This document shows positions 27,701 to 40,283 of a stretch of DNA of 64,000 nucleotides, piece by piece. The DNA is from Camelus dromedarius (taxonomy: Eukaryota): the NCBI RefSeq assembly GCF_036321535.1, contig NC_087437.1, positions 92,940,001 through 93,004,000 on the forward strand. The letters are read 5' to 3'. A model generated the notes under the pieces. The model had not been told where the DNA came from and made no database searches. It saw nothing but the letters and a program-made list of their open reading frames with translations. The translations under genes were made by a program, and so were the position numbers. How positions within the stretch are numbered: position 1 is the first letter of the stretch; each line of letters opens with the position of its first letter.

Positions 27701-28012
27701 TGTCTTAGTCTGTTTGGGCTCGTGTAACAAATTTGTACAGACTAGGTAGCTTATAAAGAAAATAAATTTATATCTCCCATTTCTGGAAGCTGGGAAGTCC
27801 AAGATCAAGGTGCTGACAGATTCAGTGTCTGGTGAAGGTTTTCTTCCTGGTTCATAGAGTGCTGTCCTTTCTTTGTGAAATCTTCACATGGTGGAAGGGA
27901 GGAGGGATCTCCCTGAGATTTCTTTCATAAAGGCACTAACCCCTTTCATGAGGACTCTATCTTCATAACCTAATTACCTCACAAAGGCCCTACCTCCAAA
28001 TACTATCACATA
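27701..28012 (-). mobile_element. MLT1A-like MaLR LTR (partial)
   Basis: tgtcttagtctgtttgggct...ttctggaagctgggaagtccaagatcaaggtgctgacagattcagtgtctggtga...ggcactaacccctttcatgagg. Confidence 0.85.
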
Positions 28013-28238
28013 GGTTCAATTTGTTTCCATTTTAAGATACTTCTTTCCCTTGTATTTTACCCACTTTTGACTTATTAAATTTTCTAGTTTATGAATTTTT
28101 TACCCAGTCCTGTAGTCAAAATATAACAAGGTGCAATTCTAGAAAACAAATCTGTATTTTCCCTCCCCATACATAATCATTTCTACTCATTTTTTGGGCT
28201 ATATTTTCATGCTTTTTGAAATCATAAGTGACTACATA

Positions 28239-28587
28239 CAGTCATCCTTCAGTCTTTGGTGGATTGGTTCTGGGACCTCCCCTACCTACAAATACCAAAA
28301 TCTGAGACTGCTCAAGTCCCTTATATAAAATGGCATAGTGTTTGCATATAAGCTATTCACATCCTCCTGTATTTTTTAAATCATCTCTAGACTACTTACA
28401 ATACCTAGTACCATGTAAATGCCATGTAAATAGTTGTAAATACAATGTAAATACTATGTAAATATTTGGCAGTGCATAGTAAAGTCGAGTTTTGCTTTTG
28501 GGAACTTTCTGGAATTTTTCTAATATTTTCTATCTGTGTTTGTTTGAATCTGTGGCTGTGGAACTCTTTGATAAGGAGGGCTGACTG
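28239..28587. mobile_element. MER2-like TcMar-Tigger MITE, full length
   Basis: TIRs cagtcatccttc ... gagggctgactg, TA target duplication on both sides, 349 bp, internal gctcaagtcccttatataaaatggcatagt. Confidence 0.9.
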
Positions 28588-30241
28588 TATATTCATTTAT
28601 TACCCCCTTCCTTTCATAAAAGTATCATAGTATAAATACTATTTCTATAGTAAAGAAACATGGTTAATTCTATTTAAAGTCACTTTTACCACACTTTTTT
28701 TTTTTTTTTTTTTTTTGATCACGGAGACTGCTTCTTCTATGTATACTTTTAAGAACATTCGTTTAGTAAGTGAAGCTCTAGATTACTTAATTTGTTCCCT
28801 GATTTCCAGAAAGCTGCATGTTATAGGACCGGCACTATTGTTTTTTAAAATAGTGAGATATTAGCATCCCATTGGTTCTGAAATTAGTGGCATTCTGACA
28901 TACTCTAGATTTTATTCTTGAAAACCATAGCTTCCATAAACTAATGTGTGTTGAGAGCAGTTTCCCCTAAGAAGTAACAATGGAGGTTTTAAGATTATTT
29001 CCAGGATATTAGCTGCCAGCAGAAATTTGGTGATTCTCAGGTACCCAACTGAGGAGAAGAATTCTCTGGACTGGGAAAAGTGGAGATCAAAAAACACAGG
29101 GTTATATGTCAGCACAGTTGTTCTTTACCTCCAAAAATTATCTGGTCCTCCTGTAATCCTGGGTAAGGGCAATGCCATAGGAAGTTCCAGCTCTGGATTT
29201 TAGGATTTCTTGGGAACAGACTGGATGCTTTCTTGACATGCAAGTAGTCCCAGGACTTCCTTCATGACAAGCTAACTTTGCATTATAAATCTACCTAAAT
29301 TCTGTGTAATATGAAGCTTGAAACAATTAAGCAACACGGTATGATGAGGAAGGGTGTTTTCTTGCTCTAAGGTGGTGATATTCCAAATATTTAACAACTG
29401 ATGGCGTGAGGGATACCCATTCAGATGTGAAGTGACTGACATCTGCCGTATGGGCCAGTACTGGCCTTATATTAGATCTGTTATGAGCCCTGCTACGTTC
29501 ACCAGGGACCTTACCTTACTGCAGAGTGAGGCCTGCTTATGGTAGAGGTTGGCCCAAGTATGGACCACGGTCTTCAGCATATTGGCACCTGCATCAAAGG
29601 TGGAAGGCTCTGTGTATTTGGCGCTGTTTCAAACAGGCATAAGGAAAATATATATTAAACTCCAAAACTCTGCAGAAATGAGGTGGCTAAGTGCTGATGA
29701 AGAGAAGTACTTTACTGTGAGTTAAAGAGTTTGGGAATATTTGAAGGAGGCTGACATTTAAGAATTTTACGTGAGGATTATTACATTAGAAAAAGAAAGG
29801 TTGTTGGGTTTGAGATAAATACAGAGTCTGTGCGCCCGATGCAGTGACCTTAGTTAATGTTTGATCGCCTGCGCCGAATGTGTTTGCAGTTCATATTAAA
29901 CTGTGCATCACACATCGTTTCTTTTCCATATCTCGATTTAAATTCTGTCTGCTAGTGTTGAGTCTATGGACAAATAGAATCTTTTGCATTATCAGATATG
30001 ATGATGAATTTCAGCCTGTTAGTAATAAAATACCTATTAAAATGTTTGCTTTTAAAATGTGTCAGGTTATCCAAAATTGATAATCATCAAAACTCTTAGA
30101 AAATATTTTAATAAAATAATTTATGCAGCAAGAAACCTATTCTTATAATACCAAAACTAGAATAATAAGCGCACATTGCTTTGGGGGTACCTAACCCTTA
30201 ACCTAGCAATGCCTAGTTTCTGGCAAGAAATGAGACAGAAA

Positions 30242-30700
30242 CGTTACTGACCGGGGTTCTTGGCCTCCTTAAGCAGTAGAAATGATGAGGCCAGATGAGA
30301 AATTCAGGCAAGGCTTTGTTGGGACTTGTGCTGCAACACGAGGGAGTGAAAACAACAGGTTCCCTTGCTTGCTCCCTGATGGGGCATGAGTTTGTCCCTT
30401 AAATGGGGTGAGAGTAGGGGCAGGTCCAGGGCTTGGACTGGAGGGATGATTTAGGTGATCTGCCCAACCCCTTGGTGGTGCTGTGTGCAGGGATCATGTG
30501 CAATACTCTGCTTTTGTTCCTGACACCTCAGAAGTGGCAGTTGGGTTTTTGGTCTTTCTGTATCTGGTTGTTCATAACCCATTCCCAACTGTGCATGCAT
30601 GCAGTTATTTTTAGTTCCTTATAGTTTCTTTGTATTCTGTTGTTCAGTCCCTGGTGCAAGCACTGTAGCCTAAGGTCCCAGGCCCCAGGTCCCTGTCTTA
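30242..30700 (-). mobile_element. Solo LTR, ERV1-type (459 bp), antisense to GBE1
   Basis: Termini cgttact... / ...tgtctta (decayed TG...CA), 4-bp TSD gaaa (30238-30241 and 30701-30704), GC-richer than flanks. On the minus strand there is a TATA-like atttaaggg followed by a decayed poly(A) signal (aacaaa). Confidence 0.78.
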
Positions 30701-31218
30701 GAAAGGAAGATGAGTTAATATATTAATGTTTAAAAACTTTGATGTTACTTTTCTAGGTAGAAGGCTTCAAATTTTTATTCATTTTGTGATCCAAGTAGCC
30801 TATACATTTTAGGCATGCAATATCTTGGTGAGAATATTATAGAAAGCATTATCTGTAGACACTTAAGCAATATATTGGGTAATGGCCTTAATATGTTATC
30901 TTTTCATGTTCAATTGTAAATTTTTGTTCCTTCACACTAATACATTCACATCCCTTAATATCTCAGCTCTGTTCTGTAATATTCATCTTACTGGTCATCC
31001 TTCTGGGCCTTACAACCCTTGTCAATCTCAAATTCGAAATCCTAAATTTCATGTGAGTCATATTTGCCTTGAAGGATTATTAATGAGAATTTCTATTTCA
31101 GAATTTCCTTGACCTATTGATTTAGAACTTATTTGGTAATCTATAAATCTAATTTAATCTAGAAAATCACTCAGAAAGCTCTGAGCAGAGACCACCTAAC
31201 TCAGCAATTGAACCAGGA

Positions 31219-31414
31219 GGTTGATTCTCAAGTGTGGTCCCTAGGCCCGCAGTGTCAACATCACCTATGAACTTGTTAGACATGCAGATTCTTAAGCCAC
31301 ACTTCAGAGATCTGAATTAAATAACTCTGAGGGTAGGGCACAGCAATCTGTTTTAATAATCCCAGTCTGTTTTAACAAGTGATTCTGATGTGAACTAAAG
31401 CTTGAGACCCACTG
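31219..31414. mobile_element. MER5A hAT-Charlie MITE
   Basis: ttctcaagtgtggtccc...catcacctatgaacttgttagacatgcagattct...gtgattctgatg...ttgagacccactg. Confidence 0.85.
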
Positions 31415-33649
31415 AACTGCAGAACTCTCCACGTGTAGTTCTGTGCTTAATAGAGAAGCAAATAATTGTGATGCATGGTGATGGGATATTTTGGTTCTGT
31501 CCTGAGGCCTACATAGAGATACAAACTATTTGTATTAAGTACTTAATTACAGTTAATTCTGTCTTGTGGACTCAGGATATAAAGTCATAGAAGATTAAAA
31601 TGAAAATGTATGAGTAATCTGGTTCTAAAAGTATTCTCTCTAGATATATTTTAATATACCTGAGAACCATTTATCATTATTATTATTTTACTCTCAATTA
31701 TTTTCAGGAATAAAGTGTCATGGTGTTTCTCAAGACAAATTTCCTAAAAAATGTGTCTTTCAACTCTTATTAGTTTGCCTTCTGTGTTTTTCTAAACAAA
31801 TTTCATTTGAAGACCAAAAATCCCACAATTTTATTTAATATTTTTATGCCAATCATTGAATGCTTAATTTTTATTTTCATCTCTTTAATTGTGTACTTCC
31901 ACAATTAGTTTGCACAGTCATGCCTAGATAAATCTTAATGGCAGTTCCTTCTTTCTTAACTGAGGGTTTACTGTTAAGTTTATAAGAACAGCCCCAAATC
32001 CAATGATTCTTCTAACTATTCTGTTCCTGGACCTTATGTATCTGCATCCTATGGAGAAAAGCTCATCTTATTAGCTACTTCTGGAAGACCATTTTAGGGA
32101 TAAACTGGATTTGTTGGAGAAAATCTTTCATATGCTTACAGTCCTGTAGAAGTGGTTAGTTTGGTTGATACCCATTTTTTGAATAGAAAGAAGCAACACT
32201 ATTTAAGAAAGGAAGAAAAGTGAGGCAAATTCAGGACTCAACACTGACTGTAAAAGGAATCAAGGAGATGAGAGACTGGTGGTGGTGTGGCTGAAGAGGG
32301 TCCCATGTGGGAAGACAACTGCCTATTGCAAAACTTGGAAGTTGTTTCATGCATGTATGCCCCTTGCAAGCCTTCCCTTCTCTCTCTCTTATGAAATCTT
32401 TAGCATGTTCTGCATTACTTATGATGATGGGTAGAATGGATTTTCTTTTAGAGCATATGTGAAGATATCCTGAATTTTTCTTTGAAGGTTGGAGTTCAGC
32501 AAGAGGGTATACTAGTAGTGGAAGTTAACACCAGAGTTTCCATGAGGAGGAGTTGTGCTAATCAAATGAAACTCCTGAAAATGATAGAAAACTTTTTTTT
32601 TTTTTTACAACGCAGGATTAGAAATAATCCACATATGCGTTAGAAGATTTAGATTTCTAAGACACTATGAAAGGAAAATGTGATTCATTAAAAGTATTTT
32701 TCCTTATACAAATATTAAAACTTTACTTGTTTAAATAGACCTTAAAACTCAAGTGACTATAAGCTGAAGAACCTATTGCAACTGAGATTCAAAAAACTAA
32801 TATTCAAGAACACATTTACTCTTACATTACTGAAAACAGCTTTTAAATAAATTTGCATATGAAAATTTCCTGTATCATTGAAGTTTCACTTTCAAAGTAA
32901 CAAAATCTTATTTATAGTTGAATTTTTAGTGGATCCTTTATTTTATGTTTTACTACTCACTTTGGTGTATCGTTAACTCAATTTAACCTTTTCTGGATGA
33001 AATGCAGCTGTCATTCTGAGCACTAATTTTGAGTTTGGTGCTGAGCAGGGCCTAGGTTAAGCACTGAGTACATATTTAATGAATGAATGAATGAACTAAT
33101 GAACTGTACCCTTTGTTTTCAAATCTAACTAACCAAGAAAAGATCTGCTGCTTGTCTTAAGTTTGTCTTAAGTGATTAGCTTAAAAAGAAATTCAGTAAA
33201 TGTATAAAGTGTTACACTACCCAGATATTCATATTTCAAGCTTTTTTTTTTCCCTCTCTACTTATGCCCTAAATTCTTTGCTCTGTTGAAGGAATGTCAC
33301 ACCATAGATAGGTGAGATGTATTTGAGGTTTTAGGGGCAGGAGATTATAATGACACGGAGCCTATTGAACGGCTCCTGAAAATAAATTGCCTTTAGACAT
33401 TTTCAGATTGTCTTCATGGTGGGGAGTAATGTTTAGATGGACCTTTATTAGATGTTATTTCTTACCTCTACTCTACCCTCAATGTTCAAACTGGCTGCGA
33501 GTGAAGAGCCTTAGAGCTGATGGCAGAAAGTGTTGGTGTGTAAAAGAGGAAATCATGGCATAAAATTAAGCTTCCTGTTGTTGCTATTATCTCCTCAATT
33601 AAGAATCTAACTTCTTCTCCCTACAGTGCACAGTGTCACAGGGCTGCCT

Positions 33650-34960
33650 AATTTTTTTTTTTAAACAGTAAAATAGTTTAGGTATAAACAAAGAGGGAAA
33701 AATGTAATAAGTAGCCTGGTGTACAACACCAACCTTAAGAAAGCAAACATCACAGATATTATTAAACCTTCTTGTGTTCCATTTCCTTTACCCAGTGTAA
33801 ATCACAATAGAATTTGATGTTTAACATTCTCATTTTCTTTAATATTTTTACTACGTATGTGTGTATCATATTATATAATACTATTTTGCATATTCCTTGA
33901 ATACAATATAAATTATATTTTTAGATCCTTTAACATAAACTTTTGGCTATATATATAGATAGATAGATAGATACATATATTAGATGGATATAGATATATT
34001 CACTGTAATCCAGTCAGTTTAGAGCATTATATAGCATCCCATTTTTTAATTACACTATTTTTACCCATTTTGTGGCTGATTTAAATTTCGATGGCTTCCA
34101 TTTTTTACTATTGTGGCAATTCTTCAGTGAACATTTTTGAATGTTTTCTTGTGCACATTTGTGAGAATTTCTAGGAGTAGGATGGTTGGGTCATGGACTT
34201 ACTACAACTTCAACTTTGCTATTATTTTACCAATTTGTACCTTCAGCTGCCGTGTTATTTTATATCCTTGCTGACTACTTGATATTTTCAAACTTAATTT
34301 TTGCTAATCCAACGAGTGGGTAATGACATCTCCCTGTTGTTTTAATTTGTGTTTCCTTAATTACTAGTGAACTTGAATATCACTGTGTGTGTTTATTGGC
34401 AATTCGTGTGTCCTCCCCTGAATATCCTTGTTGATTTTTTTATTGGTTTATTTTTTCATTGATTTATAGATGATCTTCATATATTTTGGATGCTGTTTCT
34501 TGGTGTATTCATTAAAAATGTATTCTCCCAATTGGTAGATTTTCTTGTCATTCTGTCTGTTGATAAATGCATGAAGATCAGTCTGTAATCAGTCTATAAT
34601 CTTAGTAGTCAAATTTATTTGGCTTTTCCTTAAGGTTTTGTGGGTTTGTGTGTGTGTGTGTGTGTTTTCTCATTTTAAAAAATTCTTTCAAGCCCAAGAT
34701 TATAAATACATTTTCCTGTATTTTCTTCTAAGCATTTTACCGTTTTGTCTATCATATTTAAATATTATTATATGTTCAAGTGATTCTTTGTTATATTGTT
34801 GGGTGGAGATCTACTTTTCTTTTTTTCTTTTCTTTCTTTTGGTAAGGATAACCACTTGTCCCTGAACCACTTATTTAACAGTGTGTCCTTTACTCACTGA
34901 TTTTTAATGCTATTATATGTTAAGTTTCCCTCTGTGCATGGGTCTGTTGTTCATTTGGCT
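33650..34960 (-). mobile_element. Old LINE-1 (L1ME-like) fragment containing (GATA)n and (GT)n microsatellites
   Basis: Degenerate reverse L1 3' region (gttttaatttgtgtttccttaattactagtgaacttgaatatc...tttattggcaattcg). Boundaries approximate. Confidence 0.65.
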
Positions 34961-35498
34961 TTCTTCCAGCACCTGCAATCCACCTGTTCTTTGCCTGTTA
35001 TAGTTTACAACCTACTTTTCTTGCTTGAGGCCCTTCTTTAGATTTTAACCCAGTTCTATTACACTGTTGTGGATTTGGGTAATACGATTTTAATTATTTT
35101 TCACCATTTTTATTTCTATCATGACCTGTCTTATCTAATTACCTAGAATGCATTTCTGTTTTTTCATATTATCTCCCTTTGTTGATGATTTTTCTTTAGA
35201 AAGGATCCATCATTCTATTTATTGATAGAAGTATTAGAATTGAAAGTTCAATGGAAAATATGTTGTAATCTTTGATTTTAAGATGCAAAAGTCAAACCTC
35301 CCAGTACATATCTTAAAAATAAATTAAGAATAACCTGCTTTTTCTAAATGGCTAGTAGAGTGCTTTGTTTAGTACCTTAGAAAACAATGTTTTTTGGGCA
35401 ATTTGATTCTGTATAAGTAGACAGTATATTATACTTTGCTTGAAATTCATTATCAGTCTTACTATGCTGTTCTTAACTAATCTTCTTTATTTTTTCAG

Positions 35499-35614
35499 AT
35501 AATTGGAATCCATTTTCATATCCATATAAAAAAATGGATTTTGGAAAATGGGAGCTGTATATCCCACCAAAGCAGAATAGATCAGTTGTAATACCTCATG
35601 GATCCAAATTAAAG
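35499..35614 (+). CDS. GBE1: Glycogen branching enzyme, internal coding exon (exon 3), 116 bp, phase 1 start and phase 0 end; CBM48 region
   Basis: Branch-like ctaat, pyrimidine tract and tttttcag acceptor ending at 35498; donor AAG/gtactt at 35615. The last A of the previous exon plus AT gives AAT. Translation (N)[38 protein letters not shown] continues GBE1 in frame. Confidence 0.97.
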
Positions 35615-36794
35615 GTACTTTTCCTCCCTCCTGTTTTTATTTGAACTTACCATTTTCTTTTTGTTTTGTTTGCAAAGTTGGATTTAAAATATTGAAATGT
35701 AAACTGATGCATGATAATTATGGGAAAAACTGTGAATTTTCAAATAGAGGAAAATTTAAGAGAAGTCATCAATAATTTGAAATGTGTCAGATTAGAACTG
35801 TCTGGTTGATAAGGTACCACACTTACTAGTTGTATTATCAAATTTGGAAACCTTGTATGAGGAGTGATTGAGTAAGCGCTAAAGTTTAGCCCAGGAACCA
35901 GAAAATTTGATTTAAAAAAAAAAAAGGAACCTGTCTTCAAATCAGCAAATGTGGAGAGAAGTTTTATCTGTAAGGACAGACTTGATATAATGGATTTTGT
36001 GATGAGCCACATGAACGTGGGAGGCAGTACTGTGTTGGAGACCCATGCCTTGTGGGGACATGATTTTTCTGATCTCTTTCTGGTCTTTGACATCAGGGCT
36101 CTATTTCTCCTGTTCTCCTGCCTTGAGGCCCCTTGGATTAGCCTAGGGGCCTGCCTGTCCTCTACATTCCCTCTGCGTTGGCTGACCCTGAAGTTCTGCA
36201 TTCAGGGTGTGCAGAGCCGACACAGCTGCCCTTTCCTGTCTCCCGAAGGGAAGCTTGTAAAGGATGAGACCCAAAGTCTGGGTTATAGATTTCAGATTTG
36301 ATTATATAAGAGGCTATCTAAATCCTTAAAGATTCACTTGATTTTAGCCCCTCCTCATATAGTTATATAATGTTTCCATGTCCCTTTCAGTTCTTTCCCT
36401 TCCTTGGACATGTGATAGCATTCATAGCATTTATCACAATAAATCCTCTGACTAAATTATTATTTTTATTGGCATTTTTTAGTTAATAATATTAACCAGA
36501 GGTACTTAAAATTTACTTAAAATCACAATACACTGTGTGTTTGTTCTGCAGGGTTTTTTGTTTGTTTGTTTGTTTGTTTACAAATAATGAAATTATAAGT
36601 GTATCTGAAAATTCCTGAAATATTGCCACTCCTCATATAGTTACCAGAAGAGCATATTGTCTGGAATAAAGAGACATTTTAACCTGGGATGGCAGCCAAG
36701 ATTCTTCTTAATCTATAGTGAAAAGGAGAAAAAGTAGCTACAGTATACAATAAGAGGGATTTAAATTTAATATAAATAATCCCTTTTCCAAGTC

Positions 36795-36910
36795 AATATA
36801 AGCTCCACAAGAGCAGGGGCCTTTGCTGTCGTTTGCTAATACTGTATATTCTTAATTCTTAGAAGTGCACCTGGCACAGAGGAGGCACTGAAGAAATATT
36901 TATTGAATGT
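36795..36910 (+). mobile_element. LINE-2 3' end
   Basis: aatataagctccacaagagcagggg...cctggcacagaggaggcactgaagaaatatttattgaatg. Confidence 0.8.
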
Positions 36911-37166
36911 TGAAGCCATTTTTATGCTCAATGTTTGAAGGAATAAACCAAGGAGCTTGATTTTTCTAAGGTCTATAGGAAACTGAGGCAAGGCAACTGT
37001 TATAGTACTGGTTTCACTGTTGCTTTAAGTCTTATGGCCATTTATTTTGTTTTTAAGAACTGAATTTGCTAATTTTTGAAGTGCTGCAGAAACTTTTTTG
37101 TCTTAAATTAGTTCCGACACCTTACTTACTCTTTACTTTAAATGGTAAATGAATTTTTGTTTTGCA

Positions 37167-37450
37167 GTTTTTTAAATTGGAGTCTAGTTGATTTACAATG
37201 TTATATTCATTTCAGTTGTACAACATAGTGATTCAGTATTTTTATAGCTTATATTCTACTTAATGTTATTATGAAACAATAGCTGTATTTCCCTTGCTGT
37301 CCCGTGTATCCTTGCTGCTTGTCTATTTTACGCTTACTGGTTTATCTCTCAATTTCATACTCCTACCTCCTCCCTTCCCACCCTCCCCACTGGTAACCTG
37401 TAAGTTTTTTTTCTATATCTGTGATTCTGTTTCTGTTTTGTTATTATACA
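37167..37450 (-). mobile_element. LINE-1 3' end (cetartiodactyl type)
   Basis: aattggagtctagttgatttacaatgtt...gtacaacatagtgattcag...ctggtaacc...tctgtttctgttttgt; related to the element at 1072-1444. Confidence 0.82.
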
Positions 37451-37576
37451 GTGAATGAACTAGTTTTCACATGTTTGGGAAAAGTGGATTACTAAGAATG
37501 GATGATTATTGATACATACAGGGAATAATGATAGGCATTTGCCTTTTCCATCCAACTCCAAATCTGTTATACTTTC

Positions 37577-37924
37577 TGCCATGGTCTGAATGTTTGTGTC
37601 CCCCCAGAAAATCATGTGTTGAAATCCTTATTCCTGATGTGGTGGTACCAGTGTGTGAGGCTTTGGGAGATGCTTAAGTCATGAGGGTGTAGCCCTCAGA
37701 ATAGGATCAGTGCCCTCATAAAAGAGGCTTCAGAGAGATCCCTGCCGCCTTCCATCATATGAAGGTACAGCGAAAAGTCTGCAGCCTGGGGAGGCCCTAG
37801 CCAGGCCATGCTGGCAACTGATCTCAAACTTCCAGCCTCCAGAACTGTGAGAAATCAATTCCAGTTGTTTGTAAGTCACTCAGTCCCTGGTATTTTGTTA
37901 TAGCAGCCCAAACGGACTGAGATG
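37577..37924 (+). mobile_element. MLT1A-like MaLR solo LTR, full length
   Basis: tgccatggtctgaatgtttgtgtcccccc...cttccagcctccagaactgtgagaaat...ggtattttgttatagcagcccaaacggactgaga; 5-bp TSD ctttc / ctttt. Confidence 0.9.
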
Positions 37925-39289
37925 CTTTTGACTCTAAGCTATGTACTGTACTATGCTTTCTTTCATAAATTTATGTGACCTGGATGAAATGAAATAATCA
38001 GAAAAATTTAAAAAGCATCTTTAACCTTTTTCCTTAGCTTTAAAAATCTGTATCTAATGGTAAGTAAACATTCAACAAATACCAAGTAAACTGTTGTATA
38101 ATCAATCTTTCTTCATTATTATTCTCTAAAATTTGTAGTGAAGATAGATTAACTTGAAATTTAGGCCTAAAATATTATTCATAGTATTTAGAAGTTTTGC
38201 ATTTTGAAGAAATGTTTAGATGCTATTATAATGTCAGTATGGTGATATAATTAGTTTTTTTATTTATGGGAAATGTATCAGATTCTCTTTTGGGGGTGGG
38301 GTTAAATTCTCCATAAAAATTCAACTAACTTGAGGTTTTTGGTCTTTCAGTTTGAAACTGTCCCTAGGTAGTTTATCTTGGTAATTAAAAATCTTGTTTT
38401 AAATTGAACTTAAAAATTTATTTCAGTCCACAAGGGATTGACCTTTATAACTCACTTGTGGATGTTTCTCTTATGAATTACCTGGTAACCTTAACAAAAA
38501 AGAATTGTTATCTATCATTAAATTAGTAGCTTTGTTTTCTATGCATAACACCTGGTCTTGTTGAACGCTTTGAAAGAAGATACCTAATTGCTTATATGGT
38601 CATGTAAATGTCTCCTTTCTATGTTTTTAAATAAGTTTACCAAACAAAATACTTTAAAAATAGAGTAGTATAATAAGGTGAATTAAACATTCAAGGCTAT
38701 AAAGATATAAGGAAAAAATAGAAAACTGTTCCTGAAGGAAAATGAGATGTATATTACTCATGCCTTTATTCCTTTTTCTTCTGGATACATAGCCAAACTA
38801 ATTTACGGAAAAGTATTTTTTGTTCATTATTTTAAAATACACACTTTTAATAGCAATTATTTTGAAAAATAACTTCTCAGGTTGTTTCATAGAAATTTAA
38901 CAAAGTGATTGACGTCCTGTTGTGTGTCAGGTGCTGTCCTTGATCTGTGATGCTTATACTGAATTGTGATATATATGTGGGGGTGTGCGTGCACTTTGAA
39001 AACAAAGTGCTGTCCGAGCAGAATACCAGTGAACAGTTTATTCATTCTGTGATGGTAACAGTGGAAATAACAGAAGGGCAGTGACATTCAAGCATGCTTG
39101 GTAACATGTTTGTTTAGAAGTTGACCAGAGAGATAGAGGGAAGAAGGACGTTTTAACCTGAGTGAACTGCATGAATAAAAGTGTGTGTATTGATTGAAGT
39201 TCCAACAGGAAGCAAATGGCACACTGAAAATAGGACAGTTTGAACTTTTTTTTCCCCTTCTGAAAGGCTGTTTTCAAAGTTGAACACCC

Positions 39290-39660
39290 AAGGGATCCAT
39301 TCTAGATTTCAAAGGAGGGTGGGGTACGGGGACTTAATAGCACCCATATGTTACCTTGCCTTGGCCACAAGGAACATGGGTCAATGACTAGAACCCAGAG
39401 GGGTACAGAATCTACCATCTTGAGGGTAGCACTGTTCTTTGATGAGACACAGTTAATTCGTGATAAACTTGCAGGGAAGGAGCCAGAGCCAGAAAGGAAA
39501 TAAGTGCTCTAGTCTCTCACTCTTCTCCCTTTCTCTGACCCCTTCCTGTGGCTCTACACTGGCCAACCCAATGGGAAGCCAGAATTCTGGGGAATATAGT
39601 CCACGTTAGTCGGCCTCCTGGGGCAGAGAGCTGGTGAGAAGTAGATCTGAACTGACTAGT
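39290..39660 (-). mobile_element. LTR33-like (ERVL) LTR fragment
   Basis: ggccaacccaatgggaagccaga...tagtccac...ggcctcctggggcagagagctggtgagaag. Boundaries approximate. Confidence 0.6.
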
Positions 39661-39956
39661 AAGATGTAGCTCAGGAAGTAGTCAAAGACCCCAGGGAAGG
39701 AAAAGTGAGAGGTTAAGGAAAGTAAACCTGAAAGATGGGTTGGAGGCAAACTGAAGAATTCCTTTCTTTTCTTCTGATTTTCATTTTTTTCTAATTCATT
39801 CCAGTCTATCCATATGACTAGCAATGACAATTCGAATTATCTTTCTTTAGTGTTTAGGATTCTTGTGTACTTTAATTTTTCCTTGCCAAATCAGTAATAA
39901 AATGGACTAGAAGAGATATTTCTTGATACCAGATCTGTAACCTTTTCAAAGGATAA

Positions 39957-40283
39957 TATGTTAGTCACCTAAAGGAACCATGACAAAATACCATACTCTG
40001 GGTGGCTTAGACAACAGAATTTGTTTTTCTCACAGTTCTGGAGGCTGGAAGTCTGAGATCAGCCAGCATGGCAGGGCTCTGGTGAGAATTCGTTTCCTGG
40101 CTTACAGATGACTGCCTTCTTGCTGTGTCCTCATGTGGCACTAATCCTGCCATCAGGCCCCCAGGCTCAAGACCCCATTTAAACCTAATTATCTTCCAAA
40201 TGCCCCATCTTCAAATACCATCACAGTGAGGGTTAGGGCTTCAACATATGAACTTGGAGGGGGGCACAATTCAGTTCAGAGCA
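39957..40283 (-). mobile_element. MLT1A-like MaLR solo LTR
   Basis: ctgggtggcttagacaacagaa...ctcacagttctggaggctggaagtctgagatc...ttagggcttcaacatatgaa; near-TSD gataa / gatca. Confidence 0.88.

Larger units (their letters stand above)
6774..35498 (+). other. GBE1: GBE1 intron 2 (GT-AG, 28,725 bp, phase 1)
   Basis: gtgagt...tttcag boundaries; the flanking exons join in frame (GDF-N-NW). Confidence 0.93.

Noticed and set aside
30189..30204. Interstitial telomere-like cctaacccttaacc
   Set aside because: Only about two imperfect units; expected by chance.
35740..36301. Overlapping 153-aa (-) and 116-aa (+) ORFs beside exon 3
   Set aside because: No recognisable domain and no similarity to the expected next GBE1 exon; consistent with chance ORFs in a locally GC-richer patch.
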